From the NCBI GenBank assembly GCA_030390025.1, contig CM059431.1, positions 115,942,001 to 116,006,000 of the forward strand: 64,000 nt of DNA, in the 5' to 3' direction. Below are positions 35,533-46,785 of the stretch, piece by piece. Position 1 is the stretch's first letter. Every line of letters starts with the position of its first letter. Made by a program: the position numbers and the translations under genes. The DNA is from Squalus acanthias. Taxonomy: Eukaryota. The notes beneath the pieces are model-generated. The model had not been told where the DNA came from. It worked only from the letters and a program-made list of their open reading frames with translations, and ran no database searches.

Positions 35533-37016
35533 ACAACATAAATGCAAGTTTGGTATTTCTTCCCTTCTTTCTTTCCTTCTAACCAGAGGAAAAGCATGCT
35601 TTTATGTACCTTTCTATGTTGCATTGGCATCTACGACATTTTTTGGAGTGAATGTGTGTACAAGGAAGAGCTGTGGTTATTTAATATGTCAGATGAGATC
35701 CATTTGCAAACATTGTTTCATTGTGGGTTAATTAATCCTATTACTTTATGTAAACGCTGTGAATATTTGCAGCAATTTTTCCCCAAAGTTGAGTCGAAAC
35801 AAATATCAAGGCTATGGGTCATTGTATTTTCTGGAGGCTTTCTCACTGCTGGAGAGCACTGGTTCTATACCAGGTAAGAATTGCTGATGATGCAGATAAA
35901 GGGAGCTTATTTGTGGCTCTCAGTATTCATACCTTGATCATTACACTGTATTTGCATGCCACCACTCGGAAGTCAAAGCATAACTGAATTTTAGTAGATC
36001 TGAGTGCTGATGAAGCCAGGGAAGTAATTTTCACATGAATTGGTACTGAATTGTAATTACAGAATATAGATTTTCATACCATCTGCCCAATGATTTATTT
36101 TTCTTTGATGTTTCTCAGAAGTGCAATCATCAGATCAGGTGAAAAGCAGAAAATTGTCCACAGACAAGGCCCAGTAGTCATATTATACCCTTACAGTCGA
36201 ATTTTACCGTTAAAAATTACAAATTAACAATTTAATTTAAGTCACATTAACAAATGCTCAATGGTTCTGCACCTACTTATACTTTTTTAATATTTATATT
36301 TGCAATTTGCAGAAGATTTTTTTTGTGTTACACGAGAGGTACTGGAGTATATTTTCCAGAAAGATTTGTTTCATGTTTTGTGTCCTTCCAAGGCAAAGTT
36401 ATTATAGTTTAAAAATATTTTAATATTTTTGAGAGGTGAAATTATGCATTACTGAGTAACCGTGTGATCCGTGAAGTTTAATTCTTTTCTGTGAAACTGG
36501 CCTTCTGAAACAGAATTTATGAGGTGCTCTGTGTGAATTATTTTTAACTAACTGTAAAGAGATACTGATTTTATGATAGAATATTTTTATTACCATGGTC
36601 CTTTATAGATTGATGTAAAAAATATCTGAGTTGAAATTTAAAATGGTTTCCAGTTATTCAAAAGTGTAATCTGAGTTAATTTATTTGTGATCTAAACTCT
36701 TAATTTTATCAGCAGCTGTGATTTTGAAACAATGAGTTTTCTGTGTTTTAATATATTAATTTTAAAACAATATTGATCCTGAGGTCAAATTTAATGTTAG
36801 AAATGCACTTTAAAATAACTAACGCTTCAGTAAAATATAGTTGTACAAGATTTCATGAAACAAGAGATTGTGAGGTGAACTATAGATGCACTTTGATGGA
36901 AATGTACTTCGATAATGAAATATTGATAACATTTGAATTCAGTGTTTAACCATGTGATGTCATTATGGGCCAGTTACAAATTAAGTAGTTAACTGTCTCA
37001 AGAGGTGGAACTCAAC

Positions 37017-37892
37017 GGTCGCGATTTTCTCGATCGATGCGGCTTGGGAGCGGGTCAGCTAGTTTCCGGGTTCCAGTCCCGCCCCCAACTTCATCCGGCC
37101 CACGGACGTGATTTTACGTCAATTGGCCTTGTTAAGCCCGCCCTGCGGGCTTGCCAGCCAATTAAGAAGAAGCCGGTCAGGTGACGTCATTTGACGACAC
37201 GTCATCTGCCAGTTTTCTTAAAGGGACCACGCACAATTTTTCTTTGTCAGCTCATTTCTCAGTGTTTGACAACATTGAGGTGCTGCAAACACTGACAATG
37301 ACTGTTCACAGGTGAGCTCTTGCACCCAGGCTCTCCAGTGACTCCCTCCTTAGGCTGGAACAGATGGCAGCTGCAGGTGAGGTTACAGAAGCGATCTGTC
37401 ACCGGTGAGATAGGTTCTCCCAATGAGGTGGGACTAGGCATACAAATCAAAACTTGTTACCTACAGAAAAGTCTAAATGCATTAAAAATGAATTTCCCCA
37501 CATTTTCTTACCTCTGAAACTCACCAGTGCACCATCGGATCCTTCACACCACTTCTGCAGCTGTCATCAATGCAGAAACATTACAGCAGACTCACAACAC
37601 GCCACACTTACCTGGCGTGGTGTCCAGACATCGGGAAGCCTCAAGTGGAAGTGTCAAAATTGAAAAAGAGCCTGTTACCTGCCTGTTAACAACCTTTAAC
37701 AGGCAGTTAAGTGGTTATAATCCTCTTCCCGTCGCTAGGTGTCGGGTCCATGCGCAAATCGAGGACCCGGCACTTGGGAAGATTGATTGGAGGTGGGTTG
37801 ACAGCGGGTTTCCTGCCCGCTGTCACTCTTTGCGATTTTGCCGGAGGTCCCGCCTCCAAACCCGCCCCCTGAGCACCGGCAAAATTCCGGCC
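37017..37892. mobile_element. Harbinger-derived non-autonomous element
   Basis: Termini ggtcgcgatttt / aaaattccggcc, flanks aac/aag; remnant of the Myb 5' region (gcacccaggctctcc). Confidence 0.8.
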
Positions 37893-37945
37893 AAGGTTTC
37901 TCTTTTGGCAGGTGTGCTGCATTCTTTGGTCACCATCCTTTCTGA

Positions 37946-38815
37946 CCACTCCTCAGATAATGAAGCAGTCCATGCCCGCATGCAGCAAGACCTGGACGAC
38001 ATTCAGGCTTGGGCTGATAAGTGGCAGGTAACATTCATGCCACACAAGTGCCAGGCAATGACAATCTCCAACAAGAGAGCATCTAACCACCGCCCCTTGA
38101 CATTCAACGCCATTACCATCGCCGAATCCCCCACCATCAACATCCTGGGGGTCACCATTGACCAGAAACTTAACTGGACCAGCCACATAAATACTGTGGC
38201 AACAAGAGCAGGTCAGAGGCTAGGTATTCTGCAGCGAGTGTCTCACCTGCTGACTCCCCAAAGCCTTTCCACCATCTACAAGGCACAAGTCAGGAGTGTG
38301 ATGGAATACTCTCCACTTGCCTTGATGAGTGCAGCTCCAACAATACTCAAGAAGCTCGACACCATCCAGGACAAAGCAGCCCGTTTGATTGGCACCCCAT
38401 CCACCACCTTAAACATTCACTCCCTGCAACACTGGTGCACCGTGGCTGCATTGTGTACCATCTACAAGATGCACTGCTGCAACTCGCCAAGGCTTCTTTG
38501 GCAGCACCTCCCAAACCTGCGACCTCTACCACCTAGAAGGACAAGGGCAGCAAGCGCACGGGAACTCCACCACCTCCAAGTTCCCCTCCAAGTCACACAC
38601 CATCCTGACTTGGAAATATATCGCTGTTCCTTCATCATCGCTGGGTCAAAATCCTGGAACTCCCTCCCTAACAGCACTGTGGGAGTACCTTCACCACACA
38701 AATCTGCAGCGGTTCAAGAAGGCTGCTCACCACCACCTTCTCAAGGGCAATTAGGGTTGGGCAATTAATGCTGGCCTTGCCAACGATGCCCACATCCCAG
38801 AAACGAATTAAAAAA
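37946..38815 (+). mobile_element. 5'-truncated RTE-X-like LINE 3' end
   Basis: MQQDLDDIQAWADKWQVTF...KCQAMTI...IYKAQVRSVMEY; same tail as 14216. Confidence 0.8.
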
Positions 38816-39423
38816 CTTGATTTGTCTGTTCAGCTCAGCCATGTGTTAACCACATCTCTGTGCTGTATGGACCTTTCCCAGCTATTGTACAAAGTTCATA
38901 ACCAGAAAATGAATGTTAGAATCGTGACTGTTAAACTGCCCGTGTATAAGACCCAAGCCATTGCACAGCTACTTCAAGTAGAAGCATATTCTGCAACATG
39001 AAGACAGGAGTGCAGGCAAGGTTATATGCAGGTTCATAGTGCATGTCCAGTCTATTTCCAGGCAAGCCTATGCTTATCGTTTGGCTGCCATGAACACTTG
39101 CATTGGTCACCAACTCAACAGGATTACTCCCCTGCTGCAGAAATGGAAGAATCAGGGCAGGCAGCAGGATCAGGAGACACATGAAAACCCAGAGAACAAT
39201 AGGCGTGTGAGGTATAGTCAGCTTTTATTGTTAAGTTCTTCATATGGAATTCTCATGCTCTTGCTTCCCTGCCTCTTATGCTCCACTGCCACTCCCTCTA
39301 CTGGTAGATTCCTCCCTCCCACTGCCTCTCCCTGTACTGCTGCCTCTCCTTCTCCTCTTCTAGTTGGCTCTGTGACTTCTGCTGCCTCTTCGATTCTTGT
39401 TAGCTCTCTCGCTTTTGGTGGCT

Positions 39424-40370
39424 CTCCCACTCCTGCTGGCTTTCCTGTTCCTGCTGTCTCTCTCAGACTCCTGCTGGCTTTCCTGTTCCTGCTGTCTCTC
39501 CCACTCCTGCTGGCTTTCCTGTTCCTGCTGTCTCCCCCACTCCTGCTGGCTTTCCTGTTCCTGCTGTCTCTCCCACTCCTGCTGGCTTTCCCGTTCCTGC
39601 TGTCTCTCCCACTCCTGCTGGCTTTCCTGTTCCTGCTGTCTCCCCCACTCCTGCTGGCTTTCCTGTTCCTGCTGTCTCTCCCACTCCTGCTGGCTTTCCC
39701 GTTCCTGCTGTCTCTCCCACTCCTGCTGGCTTTCCTGTTCCTGCTGTCTCCCCCACTCCTGCTGGCTTTCCTGTTCCTGCTGTCTCTCCCACCCCTGCTG
39801 GCTTTCCTGTTCCTGCTGTCTCTCCCACCCCTGCTGGCTTTCCTGTTCCTGCTGTCTCTCCCACTCCTGCTGGCTTTCCTGTTCCTGCTGTCTCCCCCAC
39901 TCCTGCTGGCTTTCCTGTTCCTGCTGTCTCTCCCACTCCTGCTGGCTTTCCTGTTCCTGCTGTCTCTCCCACTCCTGCTGGCTTTCCTGTTCCTGCTGTC
40001 TCTCCCACTCCTGCTGGCTTTCCTGTTCCTGCTGTCTCTCCCACTCCTGCTGGCTTTCCCGTTCCTGCTGTCTCTCCCACTCCTGCTGGCTTTCCTGTTC
40101 CTGCTGTCTCCCCCACTCCTGCTGGCTTTCCTGTTCCTGCTGTCTCTCCCACCCCTGCTGGCTTTCCTGTTCCTGCTGTCTCTCCCACCCCTGCTGGCTT
40201 TCCCGTTCCTGCTGTCTCTCCCACTCCTGCTGGCTTTCCTGTTCCTGCTGTCTCCCCCACTCCTGCTGGCTTTCCTGTTCCTGCTGTCTCTCCCACCCCT
40301 GCTGGCTTTCCTGTTCCTGCTGTCTCTCCCACCCCTGCTGGGTTTCCTGTTCCTGCTGTCTCTCCCACTC
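39424..40370. repeat. 36-bp minisatellite, about 26 copies
   Basis: Unit ctcccactcctgctggctttcctgttcctgctgtct; reads (GVGETAGTGKPA)n on the minus strand. Confidence 0.97.
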
Positions 40371-40490
40371 CTTCTGGCTCTTAAACTGCTGTCAGCACTC
40401 CTACAGGCTCTCTCATTCCTTCTGGTTCTACCACTCTGCTGGCTCTCGGCCCCTGAACCTCCTGTCCTGCCAGTTAGTCTTCTGCTCCAA

Positions 40491-41425
40491 CTGAGTACAG
40501 GAGTAAAGAAGTCTTACTCCAATTATATAGGGCCTTGGTGAGACCACACCTGGAGTACTGTGTACAATTTTGGTCTCCTTACCTAAGGAAGGATATACTT
40601 GCCTTAGAGGGAGTGCAACAAAGGTTCACGAGATTGATTCCTGGGATGACGGGACTGTCGTATGAGAAGAGATTCACAGAATCACAGAATCCCCACAGTG
40701 CAGATAGAGGCCATTTCAGCCCATCGAGCCTGCACCGACACATATCCCACCCTATCCCCGTAACCCCACATATTTAATCCCCCCTAACAGTAAGGGTCAA
40801 TTTATCATAGCCAAATCAACCTAACCCACACATCTTTGGACTGTGGGAGGAAACCGGAGCACCCGGAGGAAACCCACGCAGACACGGGGAGAATGTGCAA
40901 ACTCCACACAGACAGTCACCCGAGGCCGGATTCGAACCCGGGTCCCTGACGCTGTGAGGTAACAGTGCTAACCACTATGCCACCGTGTTGCCCTCAGTAA
41001 ACTAGGCCTGTATTCTCGTGAATTCAGAAGAATGAGAGGGGATCTCATTGAAGTGTACAAAATTATTACAGGGCTTGATAGGGTGGATGCTGGGAGAATG
41101 TTTCCCTTGGCTGGGGAGTCTAGAACCAAGGCCACAGCATCACGATAAAGGGTAGGCCATTCAGGACTGAGATGAGAAGAAATTTCTTCACACAGAGGGT
41201 GGTGAATCTTTGACTTCTCTACCCCAGAGGGCTGTGGAGGCTCAGTCATTGGGTATATTCAAAACAGAAGTCGATAGATTTCTGACTAGTAAGGGCATCA
41301 AGGGATATGGCGATAAGGCCGGTGAATGGAATTGAGGCAGAAGATCAGCCATTATCTTATTGAATGGCGGAGCAGGCTCGAAGGGCTGAATGGCCTACTC
41401 CTGCTCCTATTTCTTATGTTCTTAT
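40491..41425 (+). mobile_element. 5'-truncated CR1 3' fragment interrupted by a SINE
   Basis: LVRPHLEYCVQFWSPYLRKDILALE...YEKR | SKLGLYS...; tail ttcttatgttcttatg. Confidence 0.9.
40674..40993 (-). mobile_element. tRNA-derived V-SINE (HE1-like)
   Basis: Minus strand has A box ggtggcatagtggttag, B box ggttcgaatcc, V-domain ggagtttgcacattctccccgtgtctgcgtgggtttcctccgggtgctccggtttcctccc and a CR1-like (ttctgtga)n tail. Confidence 0.88.
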
Positions 41426-43312
41426 GCCTCTCCTGTTTTCCGGCGCTCCTACTGATGAGTCATTTCTTGGTTTTGCTTGCTCCCCTGATGATCCCAGTGC
41501 TCCTGCTTCCTTAACCTAGGCAACCGGAGGCTCTCCCCTACTTCTGCTGATGATGGCTGGCAAGCTTCTGATGGCTGATTAGTTGGCTGGGGCTGTCCGG
41601 CTGCTGGTAACTGCAGCCTGTGGTTTGGCTAACTGCTGTTGGTGGTTGGCAGACTTCTGGTGACTGGCTGCTGGTCGTGGCTTGGTGGCCTCAAGTGGAT
41701 GGCTGCTGGTGGATTCTAGTGGCTCACTGGTGGTGACTGGCTCTGGTTGGGTTCTGGTGGCTGACTGCATGTGGCGACTGGCTGCTGGTGGCTGACTGCG
41801 AGCTGGCTGTTAGTTCTGGCTGGCTTCTGGTAGCTAGTTGCTGGAGCTGGCTGGCTGGTTCCTGTTGGCTGGCTAGTGGTGGTAAGTGATTGTTTGTGGG
41901 CTGCTGCGTTGGTTAGGATTCCTGGCCGCTAAACTGACTGAGCCAACAGGGGAATCCGTTTGTATGTTTTAATTGTATGGTGTGTTTTCCCCTATCATGA
42001 AGTAACTGATACATCATAAAATATTTAAGTATATATAAAAAGTCTGCTCCAAAATGCTAAAAATGTACCAAATAAAGTGGCAAAAATAAAGATATTCTGG
42101 CGGATAAAACCTCAGACTTTCCTAGAAAATAAATCTTCCTCATAAGGTACAGTATGGCCACTTCTAAAATTGCAGCACTATCTAAAGGTGAAGTACGGTA
42201 ATATTAAATAACTGATTGATGTTATCTTGCCTGCCCCTATTTAAAAAAATATAAAAACATATTCTTTCTATTTACAAACTTCCTCCTGCCAAATCCCATC
42301 ACTATTCTCCTGCTTTGTTTCACCTACGAAGTTCCCTTTTATTTTTTAATTACCGCATTACCTCTTAAAAAAAAAGGAGTAGGGTTTCCGCTTTGGGCGC
42401 AATCGGGAAATTGCGGCCAAAATGCCCTTGAAATTGCGCTGGTTAGGTTACGCTTCAAGCTTCCGCTAAAATTCATTTGCATAATCACAATCATAAAATC
42501 TTCAGTGAACCAGCGAAGCGTAAAAGGACGCAATTGTTTCTATTCTTTCCATTAAAAAGTTTTCCATGACGTATTTAAGAGTGGTAACCTGGTGCAGTTT
42601 TACTACTGGAGCTGGAAATGGGTTTATTGCCAGAAATAAGCATTTTTAATGAGTGTCCAGTCCTCCGCCTGTGAGTAACCTGATTTAAAATCAGTGCAAA
42701 TGACTTAAAAAAACTATACTGGACCATTGAGTAGTTTCATTGGTGTACACCAGTCAGTTTCTTATTACATGTACTTTTGATATGAATTTTATTTTAAAAT
42801 GTGCCTGAGTGCCTAACAAAAAGAGCGCAATTTGAAGAGGCTTCTCGAACCAGCACAATTGGTGGAATCTCGCAATTTTCACCTAGGGCATGGTCAGGTT
42901 TGTGAGTGGGGCCTGATCCGAGCAAATTAAATCTTGAACCAGCATAAAAGATCGTGGAAAACATGAGCGTATGTGGTTTAGGGCATAATTCACTTGCGTT
43001 TTAAATTCCCTGATCTTTGGTGCTAATTCGGCTGATTTGCCCCAAGGTATTTTACTGTAGATCCTCAAAAATACAGTTCCAGCGCCTGCTGTCTGCACTA
43101 CACACCTGATCTTACCTTGCTCAGAAAACTGCCAAACCCATGCAGGTTTATTGTCTGATAGACTACAAACCAGCTATGTCATCTTAGAGAAAAGATTAAT
43201 ACAAGATAAGTAGAGCAGGAATCAATAATCTTCGTATTTTGTTTACATTGGTTGTGTCAAGAAAGACACTCTTGGGAAAAGGTGATTTGCACCCAAAGAC
43301 AAAAAATATATA

Positions 43313-43718
43313 CAGGAAACTTTTGTTTATCCGGCACCCAAATATCCGGAATTCTCGCTTAACCGGCAAAAATCATGCTCCGAAAACTCCTCTCAAATAA
43401 CCGGCAACGTTGCCGAGTCGCAGTCGAGTCTCCGCGAATGCCGAGTACTCCGAAAACTCCTCTCAAATAACCGGCAATGTTGCCGATCCCGAGTCCGAGT
43501 CCGAGTCCGCGAACGCCGATTTAGTCAGTAGGGGTAGTTTTCAAAAGTGCCACTACTCGGCCTCCTGGCGCTGTCGGAAGTATACTGCACATTTCTTGAT
43601 TTATTTATTTTTCTTTGTTAAAAATAGCCTTGGTAGATATAACTCTCCGTTATCCGGTACTTTCGATAAACCGGCACCACGCCGGTCCCATCGGTGCTGG
43701 TTAATAAAGAGTTTCCTG
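43313..43718. mobile_element. Tc1/mariner-pogo (Tigger-like) MITE
   Basis: TA|caggaaact...tccggcacc and ggtgctgg...agtttcctg|TA: TA duplication, imperfect ~26-bp TIR; internal 39-bp direct repeat at 43378 and 43448. Confidence 0.8.
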
Positions 43719-44142
43719 TATATTTCTAGCAAAAACTCAGTTTGCTATTTTACTATAACGTGATGTAAAATAAAAGCTGATGTGATTGCAGTGTATAGTA
43801 CAAGTGTGCTGCAGTGATTCAATAAGAAAATGTGCTATTTGAAATATTTTTCAGAAGGGGTATATTTATGGGCTATCTCCACTCACTGAAACCAGAAAGG
43901 AATGGTTACACCTGTGCATATTTTAAAGAATAAAACAGAAAGGGTTGATTTTCAAGATAGCAAATGCCAACCTGATTCAGATAACACTGATAAAGTCCTC
44001 AGACTTTGTTTTCCTGGATTAAGATGGCAGCTCACCATCTCGCTGTGTTCTGGCCTTCTAATAAACTTCAATCAATGTGTTGTTATTTCTAATGTGAGAA
44101 GTCGCACAACACTAGGTTATAGTCCAACAGCTTTATTTGAAA

Positions 44143-44179
44143 TCACAAGCTTTCGGAGCGCTGCTCCTTCATCAGGTGA
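44143..44179 (-). ncRNA. Minimal type I hammerhead ribozyme (left arm)
   Basis: Minus strand reads TCAC-CTGATGA-a-GGAGC agc GCTCC-GAAA-GCTT-GTGA. Confidence 0.82.
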
Positions 44180-44182
44180 ACT

Positions 44183-44219
44183 TCACCTGACGAAGGAGCA
44201 GCGCTCCGAAAGCTTGTGA
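44183..44219 (+). ncRNA. Minimal type I hammerhead ribozyme (right arm)
   Basis: TCAC-CTGACGA-a-GGAGC agc GCTCC-GAAA-GCTT-GTGA. Confidence 0.82.
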
Positions 44220-45099
44220 TTTCAAATAAAGCTGTTGGACTATAACCTGGTGTTGCGCGACTTCTCACATTTGTCCACCCCAGTCCAACACCGGCATCTC
44301 CACATCATTGTTATTTTTATGTAAATAAAGATGAAAAAAGTTGAACATTTGGCCTGATAAAGCATTAATATGTACAATACAATAAGCATTGACTCCAACA
44401 CTTTTGCCTCCACAGTACTACTAAGGGGCCATTCCAAGATCACAAGTGATCTACAGTTTAGAAAGGGGAGAAGAAACTAAACTATCTCCAGCATTTTAGA
44501 GTGGAGACTTTGCATTTTGTATTGATTCAACACTTAAAAAAGGTACAGTTGTTTATCAAATCCCACACTGACAATAAGGCTAATGCTAACCCTGATTCTG
44601 TGTGCCACTCTGCACAAACTGCAGTCTAATGGTGATGAATAACTATTCATTAGTTCATTAAAATGTAATTCTGGTGTCATTTCCCATCAGTACAGAGTGT
44701 ATGACAAAGTGTCAGGGAGGAAATGGCTTCAAATGGTACAGGAAATTTAAAAGTTTTTTTTTCTCCTTGGCTAGGGTGCAAAGGTGAAGAAATACGTACA
44801 ACCCAAAGAAGATGACAGCTTTTGCTGACTTCTACAGGTCAGTGTTAGGAGTTTGCTAATACTGACATTGCTGGACACAAGGCGGAGGCGGGGTTGGTGT
44901 GCTCTGTGAATGGCCAATCTTGCTGTCAATTATAAATAAACAAATCCTGGTGCAAACTGAAATGGCATTGTGTTCCCAATGATCAGTGGTGGGGCTAATC
45001 TCAATGGCAGCTATTAAAACTGAAAGCCCTGAGGCATAGTGGTCGCCAAGGCCTGGAAATCCTCCGTTTCCCTCCATTACTGTGGTGGAACTGCAGGAA

Positions 45100-46180
45100 T
45101 GGAGGGGAAAAGCTAAGAGTGGGTGTGCATTATCGCCTTGGGACGGTGTAGATACGCAGTCGCTAACCTGGTGCTGTTAAGAACTCGGCGACCTCGCCAT
45201 CTCCCACATCAAGAGCGAACTGCCCACCATCTCCCTGGCCTTCTCCTCAAAGGGACTGAGGGGTGTAACGGTGGACTGCCTTTGAGAGGCATTGTGTGCT
45301 AACTGCTCCTGCAAGAAGGTCGAATAAATTAGGGTAAGGCTACCAGTTGAGGTGTGTGCGCCATGTGGCATGGGACAGGTGAAGTAGAGATGCGGGCTAT
45401 GAGGATGTTAAAGTGGAGGAAGAGATTTTTGGGTTGTGCATTCCAGATATTGGTGTTAGTGAAGCTGGGTAGTCATAGTGCCGGATACTGAGATTGAGGT
45501 GCCATTAACCAGAGTCCACTGTGAAGGGTTAGTTGTCCAAGTGTTGCTTTAAGAGGTTGAAGAGCATGCTGGTGCCCAGGATGGGCAATAATATAAGTAG
45601 AGAGTTCCCAGTGTTTATCTTACCAGTCTTGATGAGGTCATTGAATTTTTTGTGGCACTGGCCAGCAGTTCTGATGATGAGTGGGTTAGCGCTCAGTGCC
45701 AATGCCACCTTCCTCCAGGTGGCATGCATTACGATTCCTGGCATGTTTGCCAGCGGTCTGTGCCTCTTGCCTTCCATCTCCTCGAGGAGTTCTTTGAGAT
45801 CTGCATCAGTAAAGTTCTGTTTTCTTCAGACATGCAGTGAAGTTATTTGAAGTGAAAGAGCCAAATACTGTTCCTCTCTCACCTGGTTGTTCCCCAGTCA
45901 GCTGCTGAAGAGTCCTGGCTGGACTGTCATTTTAAAGGCTGCACAGAAGTTTCCATGTAGTTCAGCTGCTTGCACTGGTTTTACGTGGGTTTTATACCAT
46001 TGACTGCACAAATGGAAATGCAATTGAGCAGACCTTGGCCACATAGCTTAGTCTAAATAAGGAACGGTGCTCATATTGAAAAATTGAGCACAGCCCGCCT
46101 CCCACAATATGGGCGTTAATGCGCCTTAAGATTTGGGTCAGCGCAAGTCAATTTTCATTAGGATATGAAAACTGAGCCCC
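45100..46180 (-). mobile_element. Degraded Harbinger: terminus plus Myb/SANT exons 1-2
   Basis: TWRKVALALSANPLIIRTAGQCHKKFNDLIKTGK; exon 2 EQLAHN...LSPFEEKAREMVG; terminus gaaaactgagcccc at 46180. Confidence 0.75.
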
Positions 46181-46785
46181 TTTAAGAGAGTGATTCATTA
46201 TCTGACTCTGTTTAAATTATTAGGTGAACGTTGTAGGTGTGTAATCCTAACCCCTCTCATCCTGATACTTTTCTATGCCCTCCACCTTGATGATCTTTTA
46301 TGCCCCAACCCTAAAGAGGAAAATCTGTCCTCAGACATCTATATCAGACTTGTATAGATATGCAATAGCACATTATATACTTCTGGCATCTTGAAAGCTG
46401 GCCCTTCATCTATTTATCCATGCACCTGCTTAGTCTTTATGCTGTTTATTGTTATTAGTCTTAAGTGGAGCCGGAGACAGTTTACATGAACTTGGCTTTG
46501 TATCACTGGAGTTGACCTGGTAGACAATTTCAAAGCCATACCCCCACTGAATATGATGGGGCTATTCTGGCCGAATACTTTAGACACTAAAGAGTTAAAG
46601 ATGTGACTAGATGGGGTTTTAAGCGGCATTGCCGGTTTAGCCCGCGCTTAGTGCAAGACGCCATCTTGGTAAAGGAGTTGAAGCCAGCGCTAGGAACGGC
46701 TGCCTGGAGGATTGTTAAGTGGCTGATTGACAATTAAATTGCCTGCTAGCGCTCATTAAAGAGGCTGCATGCCATTTTGGTGGAT

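Larger units (their letters stand above)
44091..44307. mobile_element. Penelope pseudo-LTR head-to-head palindrome plus 3' tail
   Basis: 90-bp arms 44091-44180 and 44182-44271 (3 mismatches, 1-nt spacer); TSD ttgttattt (44080-44088 and 44308-44316). Confidence 0.88.

Noticed and set aside
37527..38768. 413-aa ORF as a single gene
   Set aside because: Chance read-through from a MITE into an RTE-X-like RT fragment.
39039..40541. 500-aa Leu-rich and 365-aa Cys/Ser-rich plus-strand ORFs
   Set aside because: They arise from a stop-free 36-bp minisatellite, and repeat variants are non-synonymous in these frames.
40930..40993. tRNA genes at the SINE heads (also ~59340-59406)
   Set aside because: The A/B boxes belong to tRNA-derived SINEs and continue into SINE bodies and LINE-like tails.
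41911..41925. ggttaggattcctgg resembling part of tRNA-Glu
   Set aside because: Only about 15 nt, with no cloverleaf, B box or LTR context.
42375..42885. Another MITE-like GC-rich segment
   Set aside because: Probably a repeat, but I could not pair its termini convincingly.
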